From positions 1,120,001-1,184,000 of the forward strand of contig CAWJEN010000006.1 of assembly GCA_963841915.1 (NCBI GenBank): DNA of 64,000 nucleotides, read 5' to 3'. Both the position numbers and the translations under genes were made by a program. The stretch's first letter is position 1; the number at the start of each line of letters is the position of its first letter. Under the pieces are notes generated by a model, which did not search any database, had not been told where the DNA came from, and saw nothing but the letters and a program-made list of their open reading frames with translations. This document shows, piece after piece, positions 40,791-50,431 of this stretch. The DNA comes from an uncultured Planctomycetota bacterium. GTDB lineage: Bacteria > Planctomycetota > Phycisphaerae > Tepidisphaerales > Tepidisphaeraceae.

Positions 40791-42500
40791 CTACTGCTCG
40801 ATCGGCGTCGCCGGCTCGAAGGCGTAGCTGGCACGGAGACCGGGGGCGGTTCCGCGAGACTGATCGTCCGAGCCAACACGGTCGGCGTCGTCGGGAAGCG
40901 CCACACCCGCGTCACCACCGAGCTGGCCGAACACCATCAGCTCTATGTCGTTGGGGTGCTTCCAGGTCTGTCCTGGTGCAGGCGAGACGGAGTCGGGGTC
41001 GAGCGGCGCGACGAGTCGGGGCGTGATGAGCACGACGAGCTCCGTCTCCTGCCGCTGATACCGCGTGCTGCGGAACAAGGCACCCAAGACCGGCACGTCA
41101 CCGAGCAACGGAACAACCGACTTGCTGGCCACGGTGTTGCTGCGGAGCAGACCGCTGATGGCGAGTGTCTGTCCGTCACGCATCTCGACGGTGGTGGCGG
41201 TGTTGCGGGTGCGGAGTCCCGGCACGCGGACGCCGCCGATGGCCAAAGCGATGGTGTCATCAAGGTCGCTGACTTCGCTGACGAGTTTCATGCGGATGCG
41301 CCCGTCGCCGAGAACGATCGGCTCGTACGCCAGGCGGATGCCGAATTGGCGGTACTCGATGGCGATGCCCTCTTCCTGCGGCACCGGGATCGGGTACTCG
41401 CCACCGGCCAGGAACTCGCCCTGCTCGCCGCTCATGACGACGAGTTCGGGATCGGCCAGTACCCGGAGCAGGTTGCTCTCACGAAGGGCGTTGATGTAGT
41501 AGGCAAACGGATCACCGGCGAGGGTGCCGACACCGAAGAGTTGGGCACCAGTGTTGGGGTCGGGAATGCCAAGGCCTGTCACACCGCCGGTGTCAGGATC
41601 GGTGAAGAAGCCCAGAGGTGTAATTTGACCGATGTTGCTGCCGGCGATGGTGCCGCCGCCGTCGGTGAATCCGAAGTTGACGCCGAACTGCTTACCGGCA
41701 CTGCGGCTGACTTCGGCGAAGCGGATGCGAAGTGCGATCTGCTGACCACCTGGCATCTGGAGCATGTTCTCCGTGTCGCCGTACGCGCTGGAGATGCGGT
41801 CGGCCATGTCGGCCTCTTGCACATCGCGGGCAATGCCCATCAGGCCGATCTTGCCACCGATGTCGACGACGCGGATCTCACTGTCGGGCAGGAGCTCGTC
41901 GAGCTTGTCCTGCACCTGACGCAGGTCAGCCGCACTTTGCAGCACGAACGACTGGCTGCGACGTTGATCGTCCCAGAAGACTAGCTCGGTGGTGCCGGTC
42001 TGCTTGCCGGTGACGAGCAGCTCGGTCGGCCCCAGCGGGCGAACCTCTGCAAGGTCATCTCGGCCGATGGCTACGCGGCTGAACGGGCGACTTGTGCGAA
42101 TGATCTGCGAGTCGTTGACGACCACGGCGAAGCGGCCATCGACAATCTGATCGGGCGCGACCAGATCGGCGACGATCTCGGTCTCGTTGACACCGGCGAC
42201 TTGCGTCGACGCCTCAGGCGCTACGTCGACGGTCGACTCAGCCTCCGTGTCAGGAACGTAGCTGCGGAGCAGGTCGAAGAAGCCGGTGTTGGCCGGTGTC
42301 GGCTCAACGGCGTCGGTCGCGTCGGGACCCGCAAACGGGTTGCCGAGCGTGAACGAATGGGCGACGGTCGAGCTGTCGGCAGGACGCGTCGACGGAGTGG
42401 TCGTCGGCGAGCCGGCGGCGGGAACGTGGCTCAAGGCCACGAGCGCGGCGGCCACAATGGCGGCGCGGGCGGATCGGGGAAGCATGGCTGTACGGGTCAT
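40791..42500 (-). CDS. cpaC: Tad secretin CpaC/RcpA
   Basis: Signal peptide, T2SS-T3SS_pil_N-like region ('LLVTGKQTGTTEL..WD'), secretin core ('LADPELVVMSGEQGEFLAGGEYP', 'VPLLGDVPVLGALFRS', 'ETELVVLITP'). Confidence 0.92.
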   Translation of the reverse strand: MTRTAMLPRSARAAIVAAALVALSHVPAAGSPTTTPSTRPADSSTVAHSFTLGNPFAGPDATDAVEPTPANTGFFDLLRSYVPDTEAESTVDVAPEASTQVAGVNETEIVADLVAPDQIVDGRFAVVVNDSQIIRTSRPFSRVAIGRDDLAEVRPLGPTELLVTGKQTGTTELVFWDDQRRSQSFVLQSAADLRQVQDKLDELLPDSEIRVVDIGGKIGLMGIARDVQEADMADRISSAYGDTENMLQMPGGQQIALRIRFAEVSRSAGKQFGVNFGFTDGGGTIAGSNIGQITPLGFFTDPDTGGVTGLGIPDPNTGAQLFGVGTLAGDPFAYYINALRESNLLRVLADPELVVMSGEQGEFLAGGEYPIPVPQEEGIAIEYRQFGIRLAYEPIVLGDGRIRMKLVSEVSDLDDTIALAIGGVRVPGLRTRNTATTVEMRDGQTLAISGLLRSNTVASKSVVPLLGDVPVLGALFRSTRYQRQETELVVLITPRLVAPLDPDSVSPAPGQTWKHPNDIELMVFGQLGGDAGVALPDDADRVGSDDQSRGTAPGLRASYAFEPATPIEQ

Positions 42501-42598
42501 CGGAAAAGCCCTCGAGGCGGGTGTTGGTGGTGATGCGCCTCGACGGCGCGAGGGTTCAGTGAGGCAAACGGATCGGCGACAGATGACGCCGGGGCGAT

Positions 42599-43759
42599 TC
42601 AGTCAAACGGGTCGGAGTCCTTCGAAGGCGCAGCGACCGGATGACCGGGCGTCGGAACCTGTTCCTGGGTGGCCGTGCCACCCCGAATGACTTCAACGAA
42701 CCGCGGAGGCGATACGGGCTCTGGCTTGGGTGACGCTGAACCGTCTTGCTCGGGACGACGTGTCGGCCGGCTGACTGGTGCGACTTGCGACGGAGCCGAA
42801 ATCTCACCGAAATCGAGACCGGCCGATCCATTGGCAGTTGCATTTTCGATGATGCTGCCCGAGCCGTTGTTGGTGCGGACAGGCATTTGCTCGAACGATG
42901 GGTAGTTTGGTTTCTCGAACTCCGACTGGGCATAGCCAAAGTCGCCGTCGCTGTGGCTCGTGCCGATCAGGTCGGCGAAGGTCAGGCCACTGAAGCGGGA
43001 CAAAGCCCGGTCACCGCCGCCCCGCATGACGAGTCGCGGGCTTCCGCTGGTGAAGGCAAGATCGATGCGACCGGCTTGCTCGGGCGTGACGACAAGCGTG
43101 ACGCTGCTGTTTCGCTCTTCGTGCTCGCGGACGCGATCGTCGGCCTTGGGTTCCTTGATGCCGGCAATCTTCGTACCAACCGCCAGGACATAAACGTCCT
43201 GGGCGATCGTGCGGACGACGGTCGCTTCATTGTCGGAGAGCGTGGCGACGACATCGACATGGCTACCGGGCTGAAGCAGACCGGTGAGCCCGGTGTCGCC
43301 GCGAACGTCGACGGAGATGGCGCGGTAGCCTTTGGGCAGCATCGCGCTGACACCGGCGGGTGTGTCTTGCGGGGCGAGGTGGCGGGCCATGAGCGGCTGA
43401 CCGGTGGCGACGTCGCTCGTGATGACGCGGCCGGAGCCAGCACCGTCATCGAGTTCTTCGTCGCTCTGCTTCTCCATCGCTTCGAGCAGATCACTGATCT
43501 TGCGGAAGGTGTCGTCCGGCACGTTGGCGGCCTCGACCTTGAGGTAGGTCAGGTCCTCGGCTGTCAGCTCGGTGCCGGCCGTCAAGTCGCGGGCGGCAAC
43601 GACGATCTTGGCAAGCTTGACATCGGGATGTGCGGCGTGCTGGACCTGTTGGGCCGGCGACATCACGACCCAACCCAGTCCTGCTGCGGCCAGTCCGAGG
43701 ACGCCGGCGGCACCGAGCGGTGCCCACTTCTTGAGTTGTTCTGAATTGATCTCTGGCAT
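42599..43759 (-). CDS. cpaB: Flp pilus assembly protein CpaB/RcpC (SAF domain)
   Basis: N-terminal TM, SAF-like 'VVAARDL.AGTEL', 'GYRAISV', 'GLLQPGSHVDV', 'VTLVVTPEQA'. Confidence 0.9.
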   Translation of the reverse strand: MPEINSEQLKKWAPLGAAGVLGLAAAGLGWVVMSPAQQVQHAAHPDVKLAKIVVAARDLTAGTELTAEDLTYLKVEAANVPDDTFRKISDLLEAMEKQSDEELDDGAGSGRVITSDVATGQPLMARHLAPQDTPAGVSAMLPKGYRAISVDVRGDTGLTGLLQPGSHVDVVATLSDNEATVVRTIAQDVYVLAVGTKIAGIKEPKADDRVREHEERNSSVTLVVTPEQAGRIDLAFTSGSPRLVMRGGGDRALSRFSGLTFADLIGTSHSDGDFGYAQSEFEKPNYPSFEQMPVRTNNGSGSIIENATANGSAGLDFGEISAPSQVAPVSRPTRRPEQDGSASPKPEPVSPPRFVEVIRGGTATQEQVPTPGHPVAAPSKDSDPFD

Positions 43760-43948
43760 AACGCGTGGCTGGCGGAAAGGAAGCGGGTTGTCGAGTCGGT
43801 GGTGCGGCGGAAGGCGGTGACACTGTGTCGGCCGCGACAACCCCGTCCGACGGTGCGTCGTCCTGATTCGCCCGCCGGTTAAGGCGATGCACAATGAAAT
43901 TGCTGTGATGCAAGCGGGTTTGTCTTCTCGGACCCCAGCGTCCGACGC

Positions 43949-43980
43949 AAAAAACGCCCGGCAGCAATGCTGCCGGGCGT
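43949..43980 (-). terminator. Intrinsic terminator downstream of tadE
   Basis: 12-bp stem ACGCCCGGCAGC-aat-GCTGCCGGGCGT followed by a T-run on the minus strand. Confidence 0.8.
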
Positions 43981-44012
43981 CTTCCGCATGAACAATCTGT
44001 TGCCTGGACCTT

Positions 44013-44456
44013 TTAACCCTCACGCCGCATCGTCGCTGACACTTTGATGTCGCTGACCCAGAAGCCGCTGACGCCGGTGTTGAGCGTGCTGAACTGGGAC
44101 CACGGTGCCGTGACCTCGAGGGTGACGGACGAGCCGGGCGCGACTGTCGACGGCGAGCTAATGGAGGAGGTGCCAGACTTGAGTTGCTGGCTAAAGGTGA
44201 TGTTCGGCAACCCGCCGCGTGCCATGGCGGCATCGACGGCGTCGGCTACATCGCTGCTCGACGCGTCGGGCACGATGGCCGCACGCACTCCTTCGCGGGC
44301 TGCATTGGAGACCGTGTGCCGAACGTAGAACATCCAGGCGAACTCGACGCTGGAGAAGAAGATCATCAGCAGGATCGGGAAGATCATCGCTGCCTCGAGC
44401 GTGATAGCTCCGCGGCGGCGACTCGAGCGTCTGGTGGGGTGGCGGTAAGGGTTCAT
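44013..44456 (-). CDS. tadE: TadE-family pseudopilin
   Basis: 'RRRG|AITLE' prepilin cleavage site with Glu+5, a TM, and 'NAAREGVR'. Confidence 0.9.
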   Translation of the reverse strand: MNPYRHPTRRSSRRRGAITLEAAMIFPILLMIFFSSVEFAWMFYVRHTVSNAAREGVRAAIVPDASSSDVADAVDAAMARGGLPNITFSQQLKSGTSSISSPSTVAPGSSVTLEVTAPWSQFSTLNTGVSGFWVSDIKVSATMRREG

Positions 44457-44520
44457 GGCGTTTCGTTGGTCTCAGATTCAGCCACCGCGGTGGCAAGTAA
44501 CGCAGATTTATCGGGTCGAC

Positions 44521-45183
44521 TCAAAGCCGTCCGAGGAAGATCGCCAGAACAGCAGCGATGAGGAACGGCACCGCGTGCGGCAGCGGTTTGGCGACGCTCG
44601 TGAAACGGCCTGGCAGCTGATCGTCGGGCACTTTGCCGTAGATCGTGAATCGCTCGGCGTTGGTGGTCGCCTGCTCCATGCCGATCCTGCGCAAGTGCAG
44701 GAACGTGGTCAGGAGCACCATCGTGTTCTTGAGGAGCATCTTGAGCCGCCCTGTCGCCGCGGCGGTGCCGACGACGACAAACAGGCCGACGATGGCTTCA
44801 AGTGCCGCCAAGACGATCACGCCCTGCCACCCGATCCAGGCACCTGCACTGATGTACAGTTTCGCATCGCCTGCGCCGCGGGCCTTGAGCATGAACAGCG
44901 GCACGCCGATGAGCATGGCCGCTCCAATGCCGGCAAAGGCGTCGATGGGCGTAAAGTCCGAACCGGTTGCCCAGGTGACGAACGATCGAACTACACCGCC
45001 TCCGAGTAAGGCAAAGGTCAGCCAGTTCGGTATTTTTCGCCTTTTCCAGTCGATGACCGCCGCGACAACGCACGCGATCAGCAGCGGGACGAGCGCAGCG
45101 ACGTGAACCGAGTAAGCCGGTTCCCAATGGGTCGGCCACATCCATGTCCATTCGAGACTGAGCGGTTGGCGGTCCACAGGCAC
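44521..45183 (-). CDS. cpaA: A24 prepilin peptidase TadV/CpaA
   Basis: 'AVIDWKRRKIPN' and 'GAGDAKL' aspartate motifs; start position uncertain. Confidence 0.9.
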   Translation of the reverse strand: MPVDRQPLSLEWTWMWPTHWEPAYSVHVAALVPLLIACVVAAVIDWKRRKIPNWLTFALLGGGVVRSFVTWATGSDFTPIDAFAGIGAAMLIGVPLFMLKARGAGDAKLYISAGAWIGWQGVIVLAALEAIVGLFVVVGTAAATGRLKMLLKNTMVLLTTFLHLRRIGMEQATTNAERFTIYGKVPDDQLPGRFTSVAKPLPHAVPFLIAAVLAIFLGRL

Positions 45184-45228
45184 AACCTCAGCATCGGCAA
45201 AAATTGAAGGGGACTTGTGGCGGCGCGC

Positions 45229-45261
45229 AAAAACGACGCCGCCGAAAATCGGCGGCGTCGT
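45229..45261 (-). terminator. Intrinsic terminator or stabilising hairpin downstream of flp
   Basis: 13-bp stem ACGACGCCGCCGA-aaa-TCGGCGGCGTCGT followed by a T-run on the minus strand. Confidence 0.8.
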
Positions 45262-45286
45262 GGTTTGTGCAAGGACGAGCTAATGC

Positions 45287-45493
45287 TTAGCCGTCGAGGT
45301 CCGTGCCGCTGACGGTGGTGTTCATGCCCGTGAGCTTGCCCTTGATCGTGGCACCGAACGTGCGAACCGCAGCGATGGCTGCGATGACGATCAGGCCGGC
45401 GATGAGTGCGTACTCCAGGATTTCGCCGCCGTCTTCCTCTTTGTAGAGCTTGGCGAACGTGGACTTGGTGGTGTTGGTGATGCTGTTGAGCAT
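45287..45493 (-). CDS. flp: Flp family type IVc pilin
   Basis: 68 aa; 'EEDG|GEILEYALIAGLI' Flp motif with Glu+5/Tyr+6. Confidence 0.93.
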   Translation of the reverse strand: MLNSITNTTKSTFAKLYKEEDGGEILEYALIAGLIVIAAIAAVRTFGATIKGKLTGMNTTVSGTDLDG

Positions 45494-45736
45494 GGCGTGT
45501 AACTTTCTGGGCTAAATGCCCGATTCGGGTGCCTTCGAGGGCCCCGAGCTGCTGTCGCGACAACGCGTCTTTCCCCTCACGTTGTCGGCAAGTGCCCGGC
45601 GCTCCGACGTGTGTCGGTCGCCCCCGGGGCAAGCGGATCCGTCCGCCGCCAGTCGACCGACGCGGTCGTCTGACGCCCGTCCTGCCGATTTGGGGCAGAG
45701 TCGGGTTACAAGATGCACATCGGATGCAGATTGCCG

Positions 45737-46669
45737 CTACTCAAGGTGAGTCAATGATTTTTTCCAAATGCTGCCGAGTTGTCGGCACGCCACGCGTTCA
45801 TGTGATCCGCCCGCGACCTGCAGAAACCGCCGCATCGGCTCTGCCGTCGGTTCGTAGCTCAGGCGAAACGTCGCATGATGCATCGCCACCACAGACTCTG
45901 CCTCGGCCGCGACGGCCATCGCCCAGGCCTGCTCGGGTGTGGCATGAGATGCAACGTACGGGTCGTAAGCCCCGATGCCGACGCACATGAGGTCCGGGCG
46001 CAATCCGTCGAAGCTCTGCGTCATGGCCGTGTCGCCGCAAAACAAAACGTGCCCGCCCGACCGCTCGAAGCTGAAGCCACACGCGCCACGCCACGTGTCG
46101 TGAAAAACGCGAGCCGTCCAGTGATTTACAGGATGAGCACGTACGTCCACGCCGGCAACCGTCGCCCGCTCGTTCGGCGAGAGTTCGATCACGTGCTTGA
46201 ACTTCAGCAAGTCGCCGCACCCACGAGCGGTCACAACCGGCACATCAGGCTGACGACGCCGAAGCTCGCGAAGGCTCGGCAAGTCCAGATGATCGAAGTG
46301 CGCATGGCTGATCGCAATAAGATCGACAACCGGCAAATGACGCATTGGCACGGCCGGAGCGACCAGGCGACGCGGGCCGACCGTCATCGGCCCCAATGTG
46401 ATGCCGACGCGGTTTGAAAAGATCGGATCCGTCAGGATCGTGCGGCCGCGAATGCGCAACAGCGTCGTGGCGTGCCCGATCCAGCAGGCGGCAAGTCCCG
46501 AGGAAGTCGAGAACGCTTCGTTCAGTTCGCGGAGGTTTAACGGCGGTGATAACGGCGGATCGACCAGGGCATCGATCGGCCGCCAGCGGCCTTGGCTTCT
46601 CCCGAGCCGGTCGGCCAGACGCAACACGCGCTCGTCGTGCTTGAGCCGATCCACGACGCTTCGCCACAC
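45737..46669 (-). CDS. MBL-fold metallohydrolase (NAPE-PLD/RomA-like)
   Basis: 'WIGHAT', 'LTDPIFS', 'SHAHFDHLD', 'GDTA', 'MHHATF'. Confidence 0.88.
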   Translation of the reverse strand: MWRSVVDRLKHDERVLRLADRLGRSQGRWRPIDALVDPPLSPPLNLRELNEAFSTSSGLAACWIGHATTLLRIRGRTILTDPIFSNRVGITLGPMTVGPRRLVAPAVPMRHLPVVDLIAISHAHFDHLDLPSLRELRRRQPDVPVVTARGCGDLLKFKHVIELSPNERATVAGVDVRAHPVNHWTARVFHDTWRGACGFSFERSGGHVLFCGDTAMTQSFDGLRPDLMCVGIGAYDPYVASHATPEQAWAMAVAAEAESVVAMHHATFRLSYEPTAEPMRRFLQVAGGSHERVACRQLGSIWKKSLTHLE

Positions 46670-46670
46670 C

Positions 46671-47411
46671 TCAGGCGACCTCAGCCGTCACGGGAAAGTG
46701 GTCACTCGCCGCCCGGGCGAGGCGGTCTGTCTCGACGCGGCACGACAACGCGTCGAGGCCGTGCGTGAAGATGTAGTCGAGTCGCAGGCCCGGATGCTGC
46801 GTCGTGAAGGTCGTCTGCGTCCGAGCTGCATCGCCGGTAAAGCTGTCGGCGTAGCCGGCGTCGAGGAGCTTACTGATCACCCGCCGCGGGATCGCATCGC
46901 CGTTGGCCTTGAAGTGCGGCAGCACCTTCGGTGGTACGTCGCCAAGCTCCTGTTGCGGCGATGTGCTGTTGAAGTCCCCGGCCAACAGGTGCGGGACGTG
47001 CGACTTCCGCCACGGCTGCGTCGCAGCGAGCAGTGTGTCGGCCTCGCGCTCGCGACGGGTTTCGCGGTCATCACTCGCCCTGCCGCTGAGATGCGCAACG
47101 GCCACGCCGATGTCTCGCTCGTCGATGAGCAGATCGCACAACAACAGCGAGCGTGGAGACGTCTTGTCGGCGAGGTTGATCGACGTGGTGATCGTGCCGC
47201 GTGTCATGAGGCAAGACGTGCGGCTTTCGCGGCCGACGGCGGCGACTTGATCAAAGCCGAGTCGCCAGGCAATGCGGTCGCGTACATCGGCGTCGTCGGC
47301 CTCAACAAGGCAGACGATGTCGGGCTTCTGTGCCAATAACACCTCGGCCAGCGGATCGGCCCGGCCGATTCCGCCGTTGAGGATGTTGTACGAAACCACA
47401 CGCAGCGTCAC
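46671..47411 (-). CDS. Endonuclease/exonuclease/phosphatase family protein
   Basis: 'VVSYNI', 'LAGDFN', 'RLDYIF', 'SDHFPV'. Confidence 0.88.
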   Translation of the reverse strand: MTLRVVSYNILNGGIGRADPLAEVLLAQKPDIVCLVEADDADVRDRIAWRLGFDQVAAVGRESRTSCLMTRGTITTSINLADKTSPRSLLLCDLLIDERDIGVAVAHLSGRASDDRETRREREADTLLAATQPWRKSHVPHLLAGDFNSTSPQQELGDVPPKVLPHFKANGDAIPRRVISKLLDAGYADSFTGDAARTQTTFTTQHPGLRLDYIFTHGLDALSCRVETDRLARAASDHFPVTAEVA

Positions 47412-47466
47412 GGGCTCACGCTACGGCTCTGGTTTTCTCTCGCGAAAGGCACAATTGCGTGTCAAT

Positions 47467-48270
47467 ATGAAACCAATGCCTGACAGCGACACGATGCATG
47501 TTCATGTGGTTCAGCCGGACATCGTCTGGCACGATGCTCAGACAAATCTCTTGCGGGTCCGGTCGATGCTCGATGCTCGCCCACCGACGCCGGGATCGCT
47601 GGTCGTCCTGCCCGAGATGTTCGCCACCGGGTTCACCAACGACGTCGATGGCCAACGTGACGACGGCACCCAGGCGGCATGGCTGGCTCAGATTGCCAGC
47701 GAGTACGACTGCCACGTGATCGGCGGGCTGATCGAACTCGACCCGCTCAGCGGACTGGGTCTTAACCAAGCCGTCGCCGTCGGACCTGACGGCGTGGAAC
47801 TCGGTCGCTACGCCAAGAACCACCGCTTCCCGATCGGTGGCGAAGTCGATCATTATGCGGCAGGCGAAGACGTCAATGCCCTGCGACTCGGCGAGACGAC
47901 CGTCTGCCCGCTCGTCTGCTTCGATCTGCGATGGCCCGAGACATGGCGGCGAGTTGTCGGGTGCGACGTCTACGTCCTCATCGCCAACTGGCCGGCTACT
48001 CGGCAGCACCATTGGAATGCCTTGCTTCGGGCGCGGGCGATCGAGAACCAGGCGTTCGTCATCGGCGTCAATCGCGTCGGCAGCGACCCCAGCGTTCAAT
48101 ATGCCGGTGGCAGCGTCGTCTACGACTTCGACGGCCACGCCCTGCTCGACCTGGACGAACGCCCCGGCAGTGCGGCCGCCACGCTTGACCTCAAGGCAAT
48201 GCGGGCGTTTCGGCGGAAGCTGCCGTTCCTGCCGGCATCGGTACGTCGACCGAGTCTGAGCCGCCGGTAG
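47467..48270 (+). CDS. Nitrilase-superfamily carbon-nitrogen hydrolase (omega-amidase YafV-like)
   Basis: Glu-Lys-Cys triad in 'LPEMF', 'YAKNH', 'VCFDLRWPE'; also 'ARAIENQ'. Confidence 0.88.
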   Translation: MKPMPDSDTMHVHVVQPDIVWHDAQTNLLRVRSMLDARPPTPGSLVVLPEMFATGFTNDVDGQRDDGTQAAWLAQIASEYDCHVIGGLIELDPLSGLGLNQAVAVGPDGVELGRYAKNHRFPIGGEVDHYAAGEDVNALRLGETTVCPLVCFDLRWPETWRRVVGCDVYVLIANWPATRQHHWNALLRARAIENQAFVIGVNRVGSDPSVQYAGGSVVYDFDGHALLDLDERPGSAAATLDLKAMRAFRRKLPFLPASVRRPSLSRR

Positions 48271-49138
48271 CGGCCGTCTCGATCGATATTCGTACCTGGC
48301 GGCAGCCGATGAGCGTCACGACGTGGGCGATGAACCAGCCGAGAAGGCTGAAGATAAACAGGCTGGCGCCGACGCCTCCGCCGATGGCCTGCACCCAGTC
48401 CGACTGTGGCAATGGAAGGTCGTACGTCTCCGCGATCCCGAAAACGACGGCCACGAAGATCATGACCCCACCGAAAACAAGCCCGATCCAGACAATGTTC
48501 CAGACACGCCGCGACGCCTGCCAGACGGGCCAGAAAGCTTGGCGTCGGCGAACTTCGTACGTCATCGTCGGCGGGTAGGTAAGACCAGCCGCAAGGAGCG
48601 CAAGCGATATCGCTCTCAGGAGAATGACACCTGGGTCATCCGATCGGCCGTCGCTCACGAGCCACGCCAGCGGCCAAACAACGAGCAGCAAAGTCGGCAA
48701 CATCCACGCGCTGATGCCGAGGAGCCGTCGGTTCCACCGCCCTGCCGCCTCAACCGACCGCAACGGGCGGTGAGACAACAGGGCCAATGTCGCTGCGATC
48801 AGTGAGACACTGACCAGCATCGTGATGTAGATCCACTCGTCGAGGAACGGCGTGAAAACGATCAAGATACTTAGAAGCCCACCGTACATCGCCAGAACGA
48901 GGGCAAATGCCGCAACGGCAAGCAGTGACGCCTTCCGGATCGGCAGCGGATCGCCGAAGGTTTCAGCGAGATCCCACTTTTGAGCCGACTCCTCGATCGG
49001 CAGACCGCACTCTGCACAACGATCACCAGGCGTGCCTCGAAGGTCGTACTTGCAGCGGAAGCACTGTGTTGGACGAGCGGCTACGTGAGTCGCGTCAATC
49101 GAGTGGTCGGAAGACACCGTCTGATCGTGCGACACCAC
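48191..49138 (-). CDS. Membrane protein with an N-terminal Zn-ribbon (CxxC..CxxC)
   Basis: 'CFRCKYDLRG...CAECG' followed by about 6 TM helices; AGGAG RBS before GTG 49138. Confidence 0.7.
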   Translation of the reverse strand: MVSHDQTVSSDHSIDATHVAARPTQCFRCKYDLRGTPGDRCAECGLPIEESAQKWDLAETFGDPLPIRKASLLAVAAFALVLAMYGGLLSILIVFTPFLDEWIYITMLVSVSLIAATLALLSHRPLRSVEAAGRWNRRLLGISAWMLPTLLLVVWPLAWLVSDGRSDDPGVILLRAISLALLAAGLTYPPTMTYEVRRRQAFWPVWQASRRVWNIVWIGLVFGGVMIFVAVVFGIAETYDLPLPQSDWVQAIGGGVGASLFIFSLLGWFIAHVVTLIGCRQVRISIETAATGGSDSVDVPMPAGTAASAETPALP

Positions 49139-49175
49139 ATTCTCCTGAACAAGCAGACAACGCGGCCCATTGTTT

Positions 49176-50366
49176 TCAGCCCTTGACCGCGCCGAGCTGG
49201 ATGCCCTTGACAAGCTGCTTTTGCAGCAGCACGAAGATGAGGATCATCGGGATCACGCTCAGCGTGACGGCGGCGAGCATGAGGTGCGTCTGCTGGCCGC
49301 GGCTCGAGTCGAAGAAGAGCAGGCCGACGGGCAGCGTGTATCGCTCCTGGCTCCGCAGCATGACCAGCGGCCAGAAGAAGCTGTTGTAGTTGCCCATGAA
49401 CGTGAAGATCGTCAGCGTCACCAGCCCTGGCTTGGCCAGCGGGAGGATGATGTCCCAGAAGAGCTGGAACTTTGTCGCCCCGTCGATCTCTGCCGCCTCG
49501 TCGAGACTTGCCGGGATGCTCAGCATGAACTGCCGCAAAAGGAACGTGCCGAACGCGCTGAACGCGGCCGGAATGATCAGGCCCGGCAGCGTGTCGACGA
49601 GCCCGAGCTGGATCATGATCTGGTAATTGGGGATCATCATCACCAGGCCCGGCAACATCATCGTCGCGAGGTAGAGCAGAAAGACCTTGTCACGGCCGGT
49701 CCACTTGAGACGGGCGAAGCTGAAGGCAGCCAAGGCGCTCGTCACGACCTGCAGGAACGTCACCCAGAAGGCGACGAAAATGCTGTTGCGGAAGTACATG
49801 TGCAGCGGAATGCCCTGGTCGTTGATCGACCGCACTTCGTTGTCGAAGTCGAAGACGTTCCAATAGTTCTCCGGAATCCGGAGCGTAAACGGCAGCCAGC
49901 TGAGGTTGACGACGCGCTCGGCGGCCGGGCCGGGGGCGGGCGCTTCTGCCTCGCCGCCGACTTCGGCCGCGTCGGCGGCTTCCATCGCAATGATCGTCTC
50001 CTGTGCCACCGCCGGATCGGTCTCGACGACGGGATGAATCGGATCGGTTCCCTCGGTGGGCGACAACGTGATGAACCGCGGGTCCTGTGGCAGCCAATTC
50101 GGGTTGCTCAATTCACCGAACGGCTTGAGACTCGTCGTGATGAGGAAGATGAACGGCAGGCACAAAAGGAACGCAATTGTGGCCAGCGCCAGGTGCAGCC
50201 CGAAGCGGCCGAGGAAGGTCCTGCGTTGTTCGCGGCGTGCCTGGCGATCCGCGGGATCGGGCCGCCCGGCAAAGTAGTCAGCCTGTTGTGTCAGGCCGGC
50301 GTCTTCGTAAAGCGCCCCGGGTTCGGTGGCCTGTCCGACGCGGGTTTGGTTGGTGCCGAGGGTCAT
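49176..50366 (-). CDS. Carbohydrate ABC transporter permease (MalG-like)
   Basis: EAA motif 'SLDEAAEIDGA', 'LLRQFM', 'LQKQLVKGI'. Confidence 0.9.
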   Translation of the reverse strand: MTLGTNQTRVGQATEPGALYEDAGLTQQADYFAGRPDPADRQARREQRRTFLGRFGLHLALATIAFLLCLPFIFLITTSLKPFGELSNPNWLPQDPRFITLSPTEGTDPIHPVVETDPAVAQETIIAMEAADAAEVGGEAEAPAPGPAAERVVNLSWLPFTLRIPENYWNVFDFDNEVRSINDQGIPLHMYFRNSIFVAFWVTFLQVVTSALAAFSFARLKWTGRDKVFLLYLATMMLPGLVMMIPNYQIMIQLGLVDTLPGLIIPAAFSAFGTFLLRQFMLSIPASLDEAAEIDGATKFQLFWDIILPLAKPGLVTLTIFTFMGNYNSFFWPLVMLRSQERYTLPVGLLFFDSSRGQQTHLMLAAVTLSVIPMILIFVLLQKQLVKGIQLGAVKG

Positions 50367-50431
50367 GAGACGTGGAGGGAGAAGGCTGTGGAAGGAGGAA
50401 GGCAGACGCGGGCGAGCCTCGCCCTTCCGGC

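Noticed and set aside
45494..45736. Possible c-di-GMP riboswitch upstream of flp
   Set aside because: The GEMM-I hallmarks (GGCAAAC...GAAA...GACGCAAAGC) could not be found on the minus strand; an Rfam scan would be needed.
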